Below are positions 36,041 to 47,328 of a stretch of 64,000 nucleotides of DNA, piece after piece; position 1 is the first letter of the stretch; every line of letters starts with the position of its first letter. Origin of the DNA: Candidatus Tayloriibacteriota bacterium (GTDB taxonomy: Bacteria; Patescibacteriota; Minisyncoccia; Phycocordibacterales; HO2-43-120). Below the pieces are notes generated by a model. That model was not told where the DNA came from, made no database searches, and was given only the letters and a program-made list of their open reading frames with translations. The stretch covers positions 4,840 to 68,839 of the forward strand of contig JBDTMN010000004.1 in NCBI GenBank assembly GCA_039934295.1, in the 5' to 3' direction. The position numbers and the translations under genes are program-made.

Positions 36041-37851
36041 ATAATGACGGCTTTGATGCGTCTCACCCCCTGCGATACCGCCTCTTCTTTAACGATTTTG
36101 AATTTCCACTTTCCCTCTGCCCCAGCGAGTTCGCTCGTGTTCTTGACATGTGGTCCTCCGCAGAATTCTTTTGAAATTGGATTCCCCTTTTCATCTTCGA
36201 TGAAGTAGACAGAAACCTTGTCGGGATATTTTGCTCCAAACTCCATTTCAGCTCCAAGTTTTTTTGCCTCATCGAGAGACATTTCCCTTCGGACGACAGC
36301 AAGTCTCCTTTGAATCCAGTTGTTTACCGTTTCCTCGACTTTTTTCTTCTCCTCATCGCTAAGTTTTCTTTCAAATGAAAAATCAATCCGAAGTCGCTCC
36401 TCTGTGATATTGCTTCCCCGCTGTTTTACATTTTTCCCTAGAACGCTTTGCAATGCCGCGAGCAAAAGATGGTGAGCCGTGTGAAGCCGGACAGTATGCT
36501 CGTTATGGTCAGCTAACCCTCCTTTAAACTTTTTTTCCGCGCCAGCTCGTGAAAGTTCTTGATGTTTCTTAAAAGCTTCCTCAAATCCCTTAACGTCAAC
36601 TTTTTTCTTTTTTTCTTTGGCGAGCTCGATGGTCATATCGATAGGCAAACCATATGAAGAAAAAAGATTGAATGCGTGTGTTCCCGAGATCACATCTCCT
36701 TTCTCCGAAATCTTTTCAAATTCTTTTATTCCCAGGAGTACTGCTTCAGCAAATTTGGATGATTCTTCCACCAAAACATTCTGTATTCTTTCTTTCATCG
36801 AAACTAGTTCAGGATATGCCTGTTCATACATCGTTGTAAGCGCATCAACGTAAGCAGAAATTCTTTTTTCATCAAGTTTTCTGTCGCTCGTGTTTATTAT
36901 TGCTCTTCGAATTAATCTGCGGAGAATATACCCTCGGTCGGTGTTCGATGGGATTACCCCGTCAGCAATGAGAAAAACGCTCGCTCGAAGATGGTCTGCA
37001 ATAATTCTTTTATTGCGTAGAGTATTGTCCGCTTTTTTCATGAGATCTAAAACTGGCAACAGAAGATCTGTGTCAAATATGTTGTCTTTCCTTTGCATAA
37101 CCATCGCCAACCGCTCAAATCCCGCCCCGGTGTCCACATTCTTCTGCTTGAGTTTGCCGACAATCTTACCTTCAACCTTTTCAAATTCCATGAAGACGTC
37201 GTTCCAAATTTCAACAACTTTCTGTTCTTCGTCAGCTTTCGCAAACGCTTCCGGAGACAAGTCGCCCAATCCTTCCTCTGTTATGTCATAAAACATTTCC
37301 GAGCAGGGACCGCTTGGACCTGTCCAGTCATCTTTACCTTTCACGGCCGGCCACCAATTACTCGATGCATCTTTGAAATAAATCCTATTTTTTGGAATTC
37401 CAGCTTCCTCCCAGATTTTTGCCGATTCAATATCCTTTTCAGCATTTTTGTCGCCCGCAAAAACGGTAATATACAGGCGTTTCGGATCAAGTCCAAGTCC
37501 TTCTTTTTTTTCCGTCAAAAATTCATAGCTCCAAGTGATTGCTTCTTTTTTGAAATAGTCGCCAAGTGACCAGTTGCCGAGCATCTCAAAAAAAGTCCCG
37601 TGCGTCTTATCTCCAACATCATCAATATCAATCGTGCGCAGGCATTTCTGAACACCTGCGATCCGTCTTCCTTTCGGATGAGGTTTGCCCAACAAATACG
37701 GAATAAGAGGCTGCATTCCTGCAGTATTAAAAAGAGTAGGATTTGTAATACCCTTTTCATCAGTTGTGACAAGGGAAGCAGAAGAAATAATCGCATGCCC
37801 GCGCTTGCGAAAAAATTCGAGGAATCTCTCGCGGATTTCGGAGGAGTTCAT
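36037..37851 (-). CDS. alaS: Alanyl-tRNA synthetase, short form (604 aa: catalytic, tRNA-recognition and editing domains; no C-Ala domain)
   Basis: FNTAGMQPL, FFEMLGNWSLGDYFKKEAI, editing-site HTAHHLLLAALQ. Confidence 0.9.
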   Translation of the reverse strand: MNSSEIRERFLEFFRKRGHAIISSASLVTTDEKGITNPTLFNTAGMQPLIPYLLGKPHPKGRRIAGVQKCLRTIDIDDVGDKTHGTFFEMLGNWSLGDYFKKEAITWSYEFLTEKKEGLGLDPKRLYITVFAGDKNAEKDIESAKIWEEAGIPKNRIYFKDASSNWWPAVKGKDDWTGPSGPCSEMFYDITEEGLGDLSPEAFAKADEEQKVVEIWNDVFMEFEKVEGKIVGKLKQKNVDTGAGFERLAMVMQRKDNIFDTDLLLPVLDLMKKADNTLRNKRIIADHLRASVFLIADGVIPSNTDRGYILRRLIRRAIINTSDRKLDEKRISAYVDALTTMYEQAYPELVSMKERIQNVLVEESSKFAEAVLLGIKEFEKISEKGDVISGTHAFNLFSSYGLPIDMTIELAKEKKKKVDVKGFEEAFKKHQELSRAGAEKKFKGGLADHNEHTVRLHTAHHLLLAALQSVLGKNVKQRGSNITEERLRIDFSFERKLSDEEKKKVEETVNNWIQRRLAVVRREMSLDEAKKLGAEMEFGAKYPDKVSVYFIEDEKGNPISKEFCGGPHVKNTSELAGAEGKWKFKIVKEEAVSQGVRRIKAVII

Positions 37852-37929
37852 ACAGAAAGTGTAGCAGAAATGCGCGACATTTCAACGATTTGCATGAGAG
37901 TAAATACTGTGATATAGTACATTTAGCTT

Positions 37930-38346
37930 ATGAACGCCATTATGAAAAGTTCGTCGCCAAAACGACGCAGTCATCTGGAGAGCAACATTAAGGGTCGGAG
38001 AATGGAGAGTCTTTTTGAAAAGCTGACGAGAGAGCTCATGGCGGGAGGACGACTTTTGCCATGGATAGCTCGCCTCGATAGAGCAAATCCTAATGAAGAT
38101 TTGTACGAGGGTACGGATTTCAAAATCAAAGCCATCAAAGAAAACGGAGAAGGCAAATCGTTTTTCACGATACGGATCGATGTCAAAAGCTCTGAATGGC
38201 AAGTCGGAATATTCCAGAGCGAACATCCTGACTCAAGGGTGCATGCAATCAGAATCGACTGGTCTACAACTCTCGAAGATGTGAGAGTGATGCTGGATGG
38301 AATCTATCTCCAAGTTCTTCCAAAGCCCCCTCCGCAAACAGCCTGA
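37930..38346 (+). CDS. Hypothetical protein
   Basis: 138-aa ORF on the plus strand between alaS and atpC. No family recognised. Possible start at MESLFEKL. Confidence 0.35.
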   Translation: MNAIMKSSSPKRRSHLESNIKGRRMESLFEKLTRELMAGGRLLPWIARLDRANPNEDLYEGTDFKIKAIKENGEGKSFFTIRIDVKSSEWQVGIFQSEHPDSRVHAIRIDWSTTLEDVRVMLDGIYLQVLPKPPPQTA

Positions 38347-38529
38347 ACGATCCGGCTGTTTTTTTATATCTATAATTGATTAACACTGGATGGTAATCAT
38401 TCCAGTGTGATGCAATTTATTTCCTTTATTTTTTCGAGTGCCACTTGTCCTCCTTCGCATGGCTTCGGCCGTCGGCTCGACGAAGTCAGCCTTTGGCCAG
38501 ACGCAGTCGGCGGGACAAGTCGGCAATGC

Positions 38530-38973
38530 CTATCTTCTATACTTTTTTGATTTCCATTTATCAGCAATTCTTACTCGAGTCAGACTTCGTTCTAGTTCGG
38601 ACTCAAAGTGTTCATAGTCAACGTGTTCTTTATTTTCCATTTTCTTTTTGAGTTCCGAGGCACGTGCTTTTGCTTTTTCAATTTCGACGAGAGATATAGA
38701 CGATACATGTTCGGCAAAATCCGCAAGAACTGCAACTTGAGTCGTGTTGTCTTCCCCATTTTTGACCTCCACAAATCCCCCTGCAACTGCAAAAGGCACC
38801 GGCTCCCCGTTTGCAACCGCCACGATATCTCCCGAGGACAGTCCGACGATAATCGGAATGTGATTCGGCAAAATGGTTATTTCACCTTCGGATGCAGGCA
38901 AAGTAACCTGATCCACCATTTCTTCCAAAATGAGCTTTTCAGGAGTGATGATTTTGAGATTGAGTTGGGGCAT
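38530..38973 (-). CDS. atpC: F1 ATP synthase subunit epsilon
   Basis: MPQLNLKIITPEKLILEEMVDQVTLPASEGEITILPNHIPIIVGLSSGDI...; beta-sandwich plus helical hairpin. Confidence 0.85.
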   Translation of the reverse strand: MPQLNLKIITPEKLILEEMVDQVTLPASEGEITILPNHIPIIVGLSSGDIVAVANGEPVPFAVAGGFVEVKNGEDNTTQVAVLADFAEHVSSISLVEIEKAKARASELKKKMENKEHVDYEHFESELERSLTRVRIADKWKSKKYRR

Positions 38974-39018
38974 TGGGATAGCTGTTAGGTGTTAGGTGTT
39001 AGGTGTTAGTTTGAAAAT

Positions 39019-39231
39019 TTACTTTTCAAAATTCTCTCGGGAAAGTTTTGACTGCCGCAAAATAGAGCTAAATGTGCCAGACGGAATTTGTTTTCTATTT
39101 GCGGGTACGATAACAGTGAGCTTTCTTACAATGTGAAAAAATTTCGCGTGACTTCCTTTTTGTGACACAAACGCAAAGCCTTTATTCTCAAGAACTTTTA
39201 CGATTTCACGTGATGAAAACAGTTTAGGCAT
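39019..39231 (-). CDS. hicA: HicA-family toxin (mRNA interferase)
   Basis: SREIVKVLENKGFAFVSQKGSHAKFFH...TVIVPANRKQIPSGTFSSILRQSKL matches the HicA/YcfA pattern (KxxEIIKxLEKxGF..RQKGSH...H...TVP.H..KEL..GT...IL). Confidence 0.7.
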   Translation of the reverse strand: MPKLFSSREIVKVLENKGFAFVSQKGSHAKFFHIVRKLTVIVPANRKQIPSGTFSSILRQSKLSRENFEK

Positions 39232-39442
39232 GCTGAAAAGAGGTTTCCGCGAGAGAAAGCGAGGTAACCTCGGGGATTGAAGGAGTTTTTATGTCTTCAA
39301 AATAAAGCTCGATAGCTTCTTTGATATTAGCGAGAGCTTCTTTGCGCGTCTTGCCAAAACTTGAAATATCAACGTTAAGGCACTGGGCAACATAAAACTT
39401 TCCTTCTTTCCAAACGACATTTTTTAGTCGGACTGTTTTCAT
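39224..39442 (-). CDS. hicB: HicB-family antitoxin
   Basis: 72 aa: VWKEGKFYVAQCLNVDISSFGKTRKEALANIKEAIELYFED. HicB/UPF0150 RNase-H-like fold pattern. Overlaps hicA by 8 nt. Confidence 0.6.
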   Translation of the reverse strand: MKTVRLKNVVWKEGKFYVAQCLNVDISSFGKTRKEALANIKEAIELYFEDIKTPSIPEVTSLSLAETSFQHA

Positions 39443-39483
39443 ATTTCAATACTACAAAAAAAGTGTCGGCAAATCAAGCGACC

Positions 39484-39561
39484 CAAAGAGATATCCTGAT
39501 CCACCATTTCTTCCAAAATGAGGCGTTCAGGAGTGATGATTTTTAAGTTGAGTTGAGGCAT
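39484..39561 (-). pseudogene. Duplicated 5' fragment of atpC (start codon plus about 22 codons) upstream of hicB
   Basis: 39495-39561 matches 38908-38973 at about 90% identity. Encodes MPQLNLKIITPERLILEEMVDQ then diverges with no long ORF. Confidence 0.5.
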
Positions 39562-39581
39562 TTGAAGATAGCTGTTAGCTA

Positions 39582-39794
39582 TTAGGTGTAAGTAAAAAAA
39601 TCGGAGCTCAATTTTTTTGCAATCTCTTCAGCTTTTTCTTCAGGAATATGGACCGTATGCAATGTCCATTGTTTTAGCCACGGTGTTTTGTGTTTTTCTA
39701 CGACTTTTGATACCCTTGTACCAATTACAAAAACCTGTGCGCATACAGATTTATCGGAAAGACTTTCTTCAATAATCACGCCTTTGTAATTCAT
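39582..39794 (-). CDS. Small hypothetical protein flanked by inverted AGGTGTT-type repeat arms
   Basis: 70-aa ORF. AGCTGTTAGCTATTAGGTGTAAG (39565-39590) and CCTAACACCTAAAACCTCACAGCTAACACCT (39795-39826) are inverted copies. Confidence 0.35.
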   Translation of the reverse strand: MNYKGVIIEESLSDKSVCAQVFVIGTRVSKVVEKHKTPWLKQWTLHTVHIPEEKAEEIAKKLSSDFFTYT

Positions 39795-39890
39795 GTCTTC
39801 CTAACACCTAAAACCTCACAGCTAACACCTGCCTTAAGAGCTCCTTTCCATTCCTCGTCCGTCGCGGACTCGTCAGGACGCGGGTATTGA

Positions 39891-41240
<1,350 letters not shown>

Positions 41241-41295
41241 TTATTGAATAATTATGTTTCTCGGCTTTTAACTTTACACTTTATACTTTACACTT

Positions 41296-42252
41296 TCAAC
41301 TTATGCTGGCCATTCCCGCACTAATTTCTGAAATCTCCTGCGTGATTCCCGACTGCCGTGCCTTGTTGAATACGAGAGTCAGATCATCAATCATCTCTCC
41401 CGCGGCTTCGCTTGCGTTTTTCATGGCAACCATTCTTGAAGACTGCTCTGAAGCGTTCGACTCAAGAAGCATCTGATAAATTTGCATTCTCGAAATTTTT
41501 TCAGCGAGCGAGCCTAAGAGTGCGTTTCTGTCGCCTTCGATAAGGTAATCAATTTTGGGAACAATTGACATTTGACCATTGACTTTTGACTTTTGACTCT
41601 GGTCAAGTGTCAAAGTCAGATTGTCAATAGTTTCCCTAAGTTCGGCCTTCGATACCGGAAGAATCTGCTTCACGTTCGCTCTCTGGGTCATGGCGGAGAC
41701 AAAATCGGTATATGCCACGAGAACTCTATCATAATGCCCCGCGCTGTATTCGTCGAGTGCGAGCTTGGAAATTGCCGAAATATCCGAAAGTGAAATGTTC
41801 GCAGGTAAATCGGTAAAAGTCGCAATAATGTTTTGACCAATCCGACGCATGGCGACATCACCCTTTTTTCCGACTGATACAATGTCTATTTTAGCTACCC
41901 CGTTCTCACTCTTAAGAAGAGCGAGAGTTTTTTTAATCACTTGAGCATTGTATGAGCCACATAAACCGCGGTTTGAGGAGATGAGAATCAAAAGAATTTT
42001 TCCCGAGTTTTTCAACCCGCCTTCGCTCGAGCTACGGCGTGGCGAAGCGAAAAGCGGATGGTTAATTTCCTCGACATTTTTTGAAATCGAAGTCAAAACC
42101 TCCCATGAATATTCTGCGTAAAGACGCGATGCCAATGTCGATGCCACCGCTCTCTTCATCTTCGAAGCCGCCACCAATTCCATCGCCTTGGTGATCTTCT
42201 TGGTGCTTTTGACCGATTTTATTCGGCGTTTGATTTCTTTGGTACCCTGCAT
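41296..42252 (-). CDS. atpG: F1 ATP synthase subunit gamma
   Basis: MQGTKEIKRRIKSVKSTKKITKAMELVAASKMKRA N-terminal helix. C-terminal helix with the MQIYQMLLE motif region. Confidence 0.9.
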   Translation of the reverse strand: MQGTKEIKRRIKSVKSTKKITKAMELVAASKMKRAVASTLASRLYAEYSWEVLTSISKNVEEINHPLFASPRRSSSEGGLKNSGKILLILISSNRGLCGSYNAQVIKKTLALLKSENGVAKIDIVSVGKKGDVAMRRIGQNIIATFTDLPANISLSDISAISKLALDEYSAGHYDRVLVAYTDFVSAMTQRANVKQILPVSKAELRETIDNLTLTLDQSQKSKVNGQMSIVPKIDYLIEGDRNALLGSLAEKISRMQIYQMLLESNASEQSSRMVAMKNASEAAGEMIDDLTLVFNKARQSGITQEISEISAGMASIS

Positions 42253-42364
42253 GAAGTTAAAGTTATAAAGTGGAAAGTGACAGAATTCCTATTCTGTCAT
42301 CCCCGCGAATGCGGGGATCCAGTTAAAAGTGGGAAAAATTACTTTGTGAATTTGAAGGTTGAAA
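42166..42364. repeat. Copy A of a 199-bp exact duplication (3' end of the secreted-protein gene, palindromic element, first 29 codons of atpG); identical to 43618-43816
   Basis: Base-for-base identity over 199 bp with an offset of 1452 bp. Confidence 0.85.
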
Positions 42365-42989
42365 TTATTTCCTGAACTATTGATATAGTTTTTGGATCAT
42401 TTTCTGGTGCTGACAAAAAATATCCTCCTTGTGGCAATGGAATATATGTTATATACCTGTCTATCGAACTGACTTCTGTCCATTTATATACTTTTCTACC
42501 ATCAACTTTAATTTCCTCAAAACTTCCTCCATATCGATCCCTAAAAATATCCTCTACCCCAGCATTAGCATCCCCAAAACCTGAATCTTTCCAGTCATCG
42601 CGTATTCCTTGTATGCAAACATCATCGCAATAATGCACTCCAAAGTCAGCACCGTTAGGTCCGCCCAATAATCCACTTTCTTTTAACTCTTTTTGCGCTT
42701 GTTTTTCCGCTTTTGAACTCCAAACCGCAACACCCCCATCATATATATCATTATTTTCTATAATCCAATCTTTGGGATATTTAAATTCAAATCCATATTG
42801 TTCATTTTTGTATGTTTTCCAGTCTTTAGTTTCGTTATCAGTTTGATTTTGATCAGCAATGACATTCTGAGTTGGAGAAGGTGTTACATCTGTTTTTTGA
42901 GAAATTTTATACGCCATAAAACCTCCACCTAGAATAACGGCGACAATGAGAGCAATGATAAGAGGAGCGATCCCTTTTTTATAATTCAT
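42339..42989 (-). CDS. Hypothetical secreted/membrane-anchored protein (paralog of 43791..44507)
   Basis: N-terminal TM helix, WKTYKNEQYGFEFKYPKDW motif, C-terminal ...STFKFTK shared with the paralog. Confidence 0.5.
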   Translation of the reverse strand: MNYKKGIAPLIIALIVAVILGGGFMAYKISQKTDVTPSPTQNVIADQNQTDNETKDWKTYKNEQYGFEFKYPKDWIIENNDIYDGGVAVWSSKAEKQAQKELKESGLLGGPNGADFGVHYCDDVCIQGIRDDWKDSGFGDANAGVEDIFRDRYGGSFEEIKVDGRKVYKWTEVSSIDRYITYIPLPQGGYFLSAPENDPKTISIVQEIISTFKFTK

Positions 42990-43103
42990 ATTTTACTATT
43001 TAAAACTTATAAACCTACATTTTAAAACTACTTTTAAATTCTCCAATCGCCTTTTTCAACTCCGCCTCTCCTACATCTGTTCACATTTTTGTGAATAATT
43101 TAT

Positions 43104-43334
43104 TTAATTAAAAAATTGCAGAAGTGCTTCAGTGTCCAACTCGGCTTGAAAAATAATCGATTTTATTGTTTTTGGAGCTAAAACTCTATTATGTTGCGGA
43201 ATGACAACACGTAAATGAGTTTTGATTGAATGGCGCAAATGAACATGGCTTCCCCTGGTGTGATGCAAATAAAACCCGGCTTCCAGCAAAATCGGAATAA
43301 TTTGTTTGGCAGTCAATCGCTTCAGCCGGGGCAT
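43104..43334 (-). CDS. hicA: HicA-family toxin
   Basis: KQIIPILLEAGFYLHHTRGSHVHLRH...VVIPQHNRVLAPKTIKSII. YcfA/HicA pattern with GSH and a conserved His. Confidence 0.7.
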   Translation of the reverse strand: MPRLKRLTAKQIIPILLEAGFYLHHTRGSHVHLRHSIKTHLRVVIPQHNRVLAPKTIKSIIFQAELDTEALLQFFN

Positions 43335-43340
43335 AGAAAT

Positions 43341-43592
43341 TTAAAATGAAACTGATAGCCGTAAACTCGCAATATCTCCTTCAACCGGCACTTTTTGGCG
43401 ATCTACTTTTAATCCCTCCAAATAGCATTGAATGGCTTCTGTTGCCATCTTTTTTGCATCGTCAAGATTTTTGCCTTCGGTTACAAGGCCGGGAAGCGAA
43501 GGCACTACTACCGTATAACCATCATGCTCATTTCGCTCAAAAACAGCAGTAAAATTGTAGATCTTCTTTTTCATTTTCCCATTATGACTCAT
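43341..43592 (-). CDS. hicB: HicB-family antitoxin
   Basis: IYNFTAVFERNEHDGYTVVVPSLPGLVTEGKNLDDAKKMATEAIQCYLE has the typical HicB/UPF0150 signature. Confidence 0.7.
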   Translation of the reverse strand: MSHNGKMKKKIYNFTAVFERNEHDGYTVVVPSLPGLVTEGKNLDDAKKMATEAIQCYLEGLKVDRQKVPVEGDIASLRLSVSF

Positions 43593-43605
43593 TATTTACA
43601 GAAAA

Positions 43606-43704
43606 TCAAACTATTTTAGCCGCCACCAATTCCATCGCCTTGGTGATCTTCTTGGTGCTTTTGACCGATTTTATTCGGCGTTTGATTTCTTTGGTACCCT
43701 GCAT
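43606..43704 (-). pseudogene. Duplicated 5' fragment of atpG (32 codons, MQGTKEIKRRIKSVKSTKKITKAMELVAAKIV*) immediately upstream of hicB
   Basis: Part of the 199-bp exact duplicate of the real atpG 5' region. Runs into a stop after 32 codons. Confidence 0.55.
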
Positions 43705-43728
43705 GAAGTTAAAGTTATAAAGTGGAAA

Positions 43729-43774
43729 GTGACAGAATTCCTATTCTGTCATCCCCGCGAATGCGGGGATCCAG
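43729..43774. repeat. Palindromic element GTGACAGAATTCCTATTCTGTCATCCCCGCGAATGCGGGGATCCAG (copy within duplication B)
   Basis: Identical to 42277-42322. Confidence 0.7.
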
Positions 43775-43790
43775 TTAAAAGTGGGAAAAA

Positions 43791-44507
43791 TTACTTTGTG
43801 AATTTGAAGGTTGAAAGAATTTGATCCAATATTTGCTCATGTTTACTTATTGCGTCATGTTGAGCTTGAGTTTGCGCAGGAGTTGCATCGTTTTTCCCGG
43901 TATTTATATAACCCTCATAGCCGACTTCGTGCCAATGGACATGGGAATTGACGATGTAACAATAGTTATCGTGAATCGCGCGATACTGACTTTCCACACC
44001 TCTCACTCCACCCATCGCAGCATCTCCTACCTTATCGCTGAAAATTGAAAATGTATTGCCATTGATTACTTTTGTGAGAGTGCTCGTGTGCGGTTGGTCT
44101 CCATAATCTTTAGTTAGACAAACGCTCAAATTATAAGGGGTATTGTCCGCATTTACTTCAAAAGATGAATCATCAATATAATTTTCCTTTGCTCCCACAT
44201 CGGAAATTTTTGTAATCTGATATTCGTAAAAACCCTGTTTTTCGATCTTATCGTCTAATTGATATTCGGACGGATATTGAAATTCAAATCCATATTTTTC
44301 ATTTTTATATATTTTCCAATCAGCCATATCTACCGAAGTGACAAGATTCTTATCAGTTTTACTGAAATAAGGAAACTTATCAACATAACAGTTTTCCGCG
44401 ACTCTATCATTGTAACAAGTGATAAAAGCGACCGTCTTTAGACCGTATATTCCTACAATCACAACGGCCACCGCTATAACAACCCCCCAAATAATCTTTT
44501 TATTCAT
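43791..44507 (-). CDS. Hypothetical secreted/membrane-anchored protein (paralog of 42339..42989)
   Basis: N-terminal TM helix, WKIYKNEKYGFEFQYPSEY motif, C-terminal ...LSTFKFTK. Confidence 0.5.
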   Translation of the reverse strand: MNKKIIWGVVIAVAVVIVGIYGLKTVAFITCYNDRVAENCYVDKFPYFSKTDKNLVTSVDMADWKIYKNEKYGFEFQYPSEYQLDDKIEKQGFYEYQITKISDVGAKENYIDDSSFEVNADNTPYNLSVCLTKDYGDQPHTSTLTKVINGNTFSIFSDKVGDAAMGGVRGVESQYRAIHDNYCYIVNSHVHWHEVGYEGYINTGKNDATPAQTQAQHDAISKHEQILDQILSTFKFTK

Positions 44508-44547
44508 AATCTTTTTCTTATCTTCTCTAACTTACTAATATACTAAT

Positions 44548-46047
44548 TTACATCTTAAAACTTCCCTTAAATTCCCCAATCGCTTTCTTCAACTCCGCCT
44601 CTCCCGCGTCCGTCCACATTTTGGTTTCGCGAATGTCTTTGAAGAATTTTTTTGCGTGAGTTTCGGTGTAGTCAATCAACCCTCCCTCAAATTCCTTTAT
44701 TTTCGCCACCGGAACTTCGTCCATGAAGCCCTTGGTGAGAGCGTAGAGCGTTACTATTTGATGCTCGACTTTGACGGGAGCATACTGTGGCTGTTTCAAA
44801 ACTTCCACCGCGCGCTTGCCTCGTTCAAGCTGTTTCTTTGTTGACTCATCGAGGTCCGAGCCAAATTGAGCAAATGCTTCGAGCTCACGGAATTGCGCCA
44901 AGTCTAGCTTCAAAGTTCCCGCAATTTTCTTCATGGCTTTGATTTGCGCGGAAGAGCCCACTCTGGAAACCGAGGCTCCGACGTTCACCGCTGGCCGAAT
45001 TCCTTTGTAAAAAAGGTCTGTTTCCAAGAAAATCTGCCCGTCGGTGATTGAAATTACGTTCGTTGGTATGTACGCAGAAATATCTCCCGCTTGGGTTTCG
45101 ATAATCGGAAGCGCGGTGATAGAACCGCCTCCGTATTTCGCATTTCTTCGGCAAGCTCGCTCAAGCAAGCGAGAGTGAAGGTAAAAAACATCTCCCGGAT
45201 ATGCTTCTCGACCCGGCGGTCGGCGGAGCAAAAGTGAAATTTCGCGGTAGCTCACGGCGTGCTTTGAAAGGTCATCGTAAATAATGAGCACATCTTTTCC
45301 CTGCTCCATGAAATATTCTGCGATGGCCACTCCGGAATAAGGCGCGATATAAGAAAGTGGAGCGGGCTCCGATGAGCCGGCACTAACAACAATCGTATAG
45401 TTCATCGCTCCGCCTGCCTCGAGTCGAGCAACAAGTTTTCGAAGTTTTGAATCTTTCTGACCGATGGAAACGTAAACGCAAATTAGGTTCTGTCCTTTTT
45501 GATTCAAAATAGTGTCAATTGCAATCGCGGTTTTTCCCGTTTGGCGGTCTCCGATTAAAAGCTCCCGCTGGCCACGACCGATTGGAATTAAGGCGTCAAT
45601 GGCTTTGATTCCGGTTTGGACCGGCTCTGAAACACCTTGTCTGGTCACAACCCCGGGTGCTACTTTCTCTATTGGATTCGACTTCTCTGTTTTGACCGCG
45701 CCCTTGCCGTCAATAGGTTCTCCCAAAGCATTGAGCACCCTTCCTATCTGCGCGTTCCCGACAGGCACTTCCAATATTTTCCCCGTGGCCTTGACCTCAT
45801 CCCCTTCTTTTATTTTTGAAAATTCTCCAAGAATAATCACACCAACCGCGTCTTCTTCGAGATTCAGTACCACCCCAGTTTCCCCATTTGGAAATGTCAC
45901 CATCTCGGATGCTTTTACATCGGAGAGACCCGAAACTTTTGCGATACCGTCAAAAACCTCGAGGACGTGCCCAATCTTTTCCGCCTTGATTTCAGATTGA
46001 AATTTCTCTATTTGCTGTTTTAAGTTTTCTACTATTGTATTTTTCAT
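44548..46047 (-). CDS. atpA: F1 ATP synthase subunit alpha
   Basis: Walker A GDRQTGKT. Conserved alpha-subunit core. Confidence 0.95.
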   Translation of the reverse strand: MKNTIVENLKQQIEKFQSEIKAEKIGHVLEVFDGIAKVSGLSDVKASEMVTFPNGETGVVLNLEEDAVGVIILGEFSKIKEGDEVKATGKILEVPVGNAQIGRVLNALGEPIDGKGAVKTEKSNPIEKVAPGVVTRQGVSEPVQTGIKAIDALIPIGRGQRELLIGDRQTGKTAIAIDTILNQKGQNLICVYVSIGQKDSKLRKLVARLEAGGAMNYTIVVSAGSSEPAPLSYIAPYSGVAIAEYFMEQGKDVLIIYDDLSKHAVSYREISLLLRRPPGREAYPGDVFYLHSRLLERACRRNAKYGGGSITALPIIETQAGDISAYIPTNVISITDGQIFLETDLFYKGIRPAVNVGASVSRVGSSAQIKAMKKIAGTLKLDLAQFRELEAFAQFGSDLDESTKKQLERGKRAVEVLKQPQYAPVKVEHQIVTLYALTKGFMDEVPVAKIKEFEGGLIDYTETHAKKFFKDIRETKMWTDAGEAELKKAIGEFKGSFKM

Positions 46048-46451
46048 GCTTGTAAAAGATAATTCGAAAGCTGGCTCATTTTATTTTTTATTGAAAGGTC
46101 TATCACTTCATCTTCCGCCTCTATTTTCAATCCCCCGAGGAGCGACGGGTCTTCCTCGAGATCGAGGAGGATGTGCTCCGCTCCATAGCGTTTTTTGAGC
46201 ACTTCCTCTAATTCGTGGCTCATTTTTTGGGAAAGAGCAACGGAACTTGCAACTTTTGCCCGCACGACCCCAGTATCTTCGTCTTCAAATTTTTGAATAA
46301 AATGTAAAATTTCGGACGATTTCGAAATCAAATTGTTTATCGATAAAAAATTTCGGGCATTGAAAAGTGCGTGGTCGAGCTCTTCCCCGCTTTTGCCCTT
46401 CGCGGATTCGTATATCGCCTGTGCCACATTTTTTGGAGATAGCTTCATCAT
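46044..46451 (-). CDS. atpH: F1 ATP synthase subunit delta (OSCP), short form
   Basis: 135-aa helical protein in the canonical position between atpF and atpA. Confidence 0.7.
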   Translation of the reverse strand: MMKLSPKNVAQAIYESAKGKSGEELDHALFNARNFLSINNLISKSSEILHFIQKFEDEDTGVVRAKVASSVALSQKMSHELEEVLKKRYGAEHILLDLEEDPSLLGGLKIEAEDEVIDLSIKNKMSQLSNYLLQA

Positions 46452-46457
46452 ATTACA

Positions 46458-46925
46458 TCATTTCACATTTTCTATTTCTTTTACGTCCGAGGCCAGAAGT
46501 TTCTTTGTTGCCTCCATCGCGAGCTCAACAATCTCCCTCCTTGCCTCTTCGACCATTTTTGTCTTTTCCGCTTCGAGTGATTTCTTTCCGGATGAAATCA
46601 TGCTTGCCACTTCTGTTTTGGCGCTTTCCATCATCTCATTTTTCTTGGCTTCGGCATCTTTTTTTCCTTTTTGAAAGATGGCCTGGGCTTCTCCACGGGC
46701 TTTTATCATCGAGTCTTCATATTCTTTCGTCGTTCGCGTCATCATCTCGGCATTCGATTTCGCATCTTCAATACCCTTTCCAATTTTTAAGGACCGTTCC
46801 GCCATAAGTTTGTTCAGAGGTTTGAGCGCAAAAAAGTAGAGAACCGCAAGTACGATGGCGAAGTTGACCGCCTGAGCGATGATGATTTTCCAGTCTATGT
46901 GAAATGTGGAAATGATTGAGTCCAT
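46458..46925 (-). CDS. atpF: Fo ATP synthase subunit b
   Basis: Single N-terminal TM (IIAQAVNFAIVLAVLYFF) then a long charged coiled coil. Confidence 0.8.
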   Translation of the reverse strand: MDSIISTFHIDWKIIIAQAVNFAIVLAVLYFFALKPLNKLMAERSLKIGKGIEDAKSNAEMMTRTTKEYEDSMIKARGEAQAIFQKGKKDAEAKKNEMMESAKTEVASMISSGKKSLEAEKTKMVEEARREIVELAMEATKKLLASDVKEIENVK

Positions 46926-47106
46926 GAGTTAATCAAACTACGAATAGGTACGAAAGTACGAATAAAACCGGAAGGCAACCGGAAACCGATTAAATTACTT
47001 CAGATGCGAGGCGCCAGTGAGTATTGTGACTTAAATGTAGTTTAGATACTACATTGCGGGAACAAACGGAGCTGGCAACGAAGCAGATGAGGTGATTTTA
47101 TCGGTT

Positions 47107-47328
<222 letters not shown>

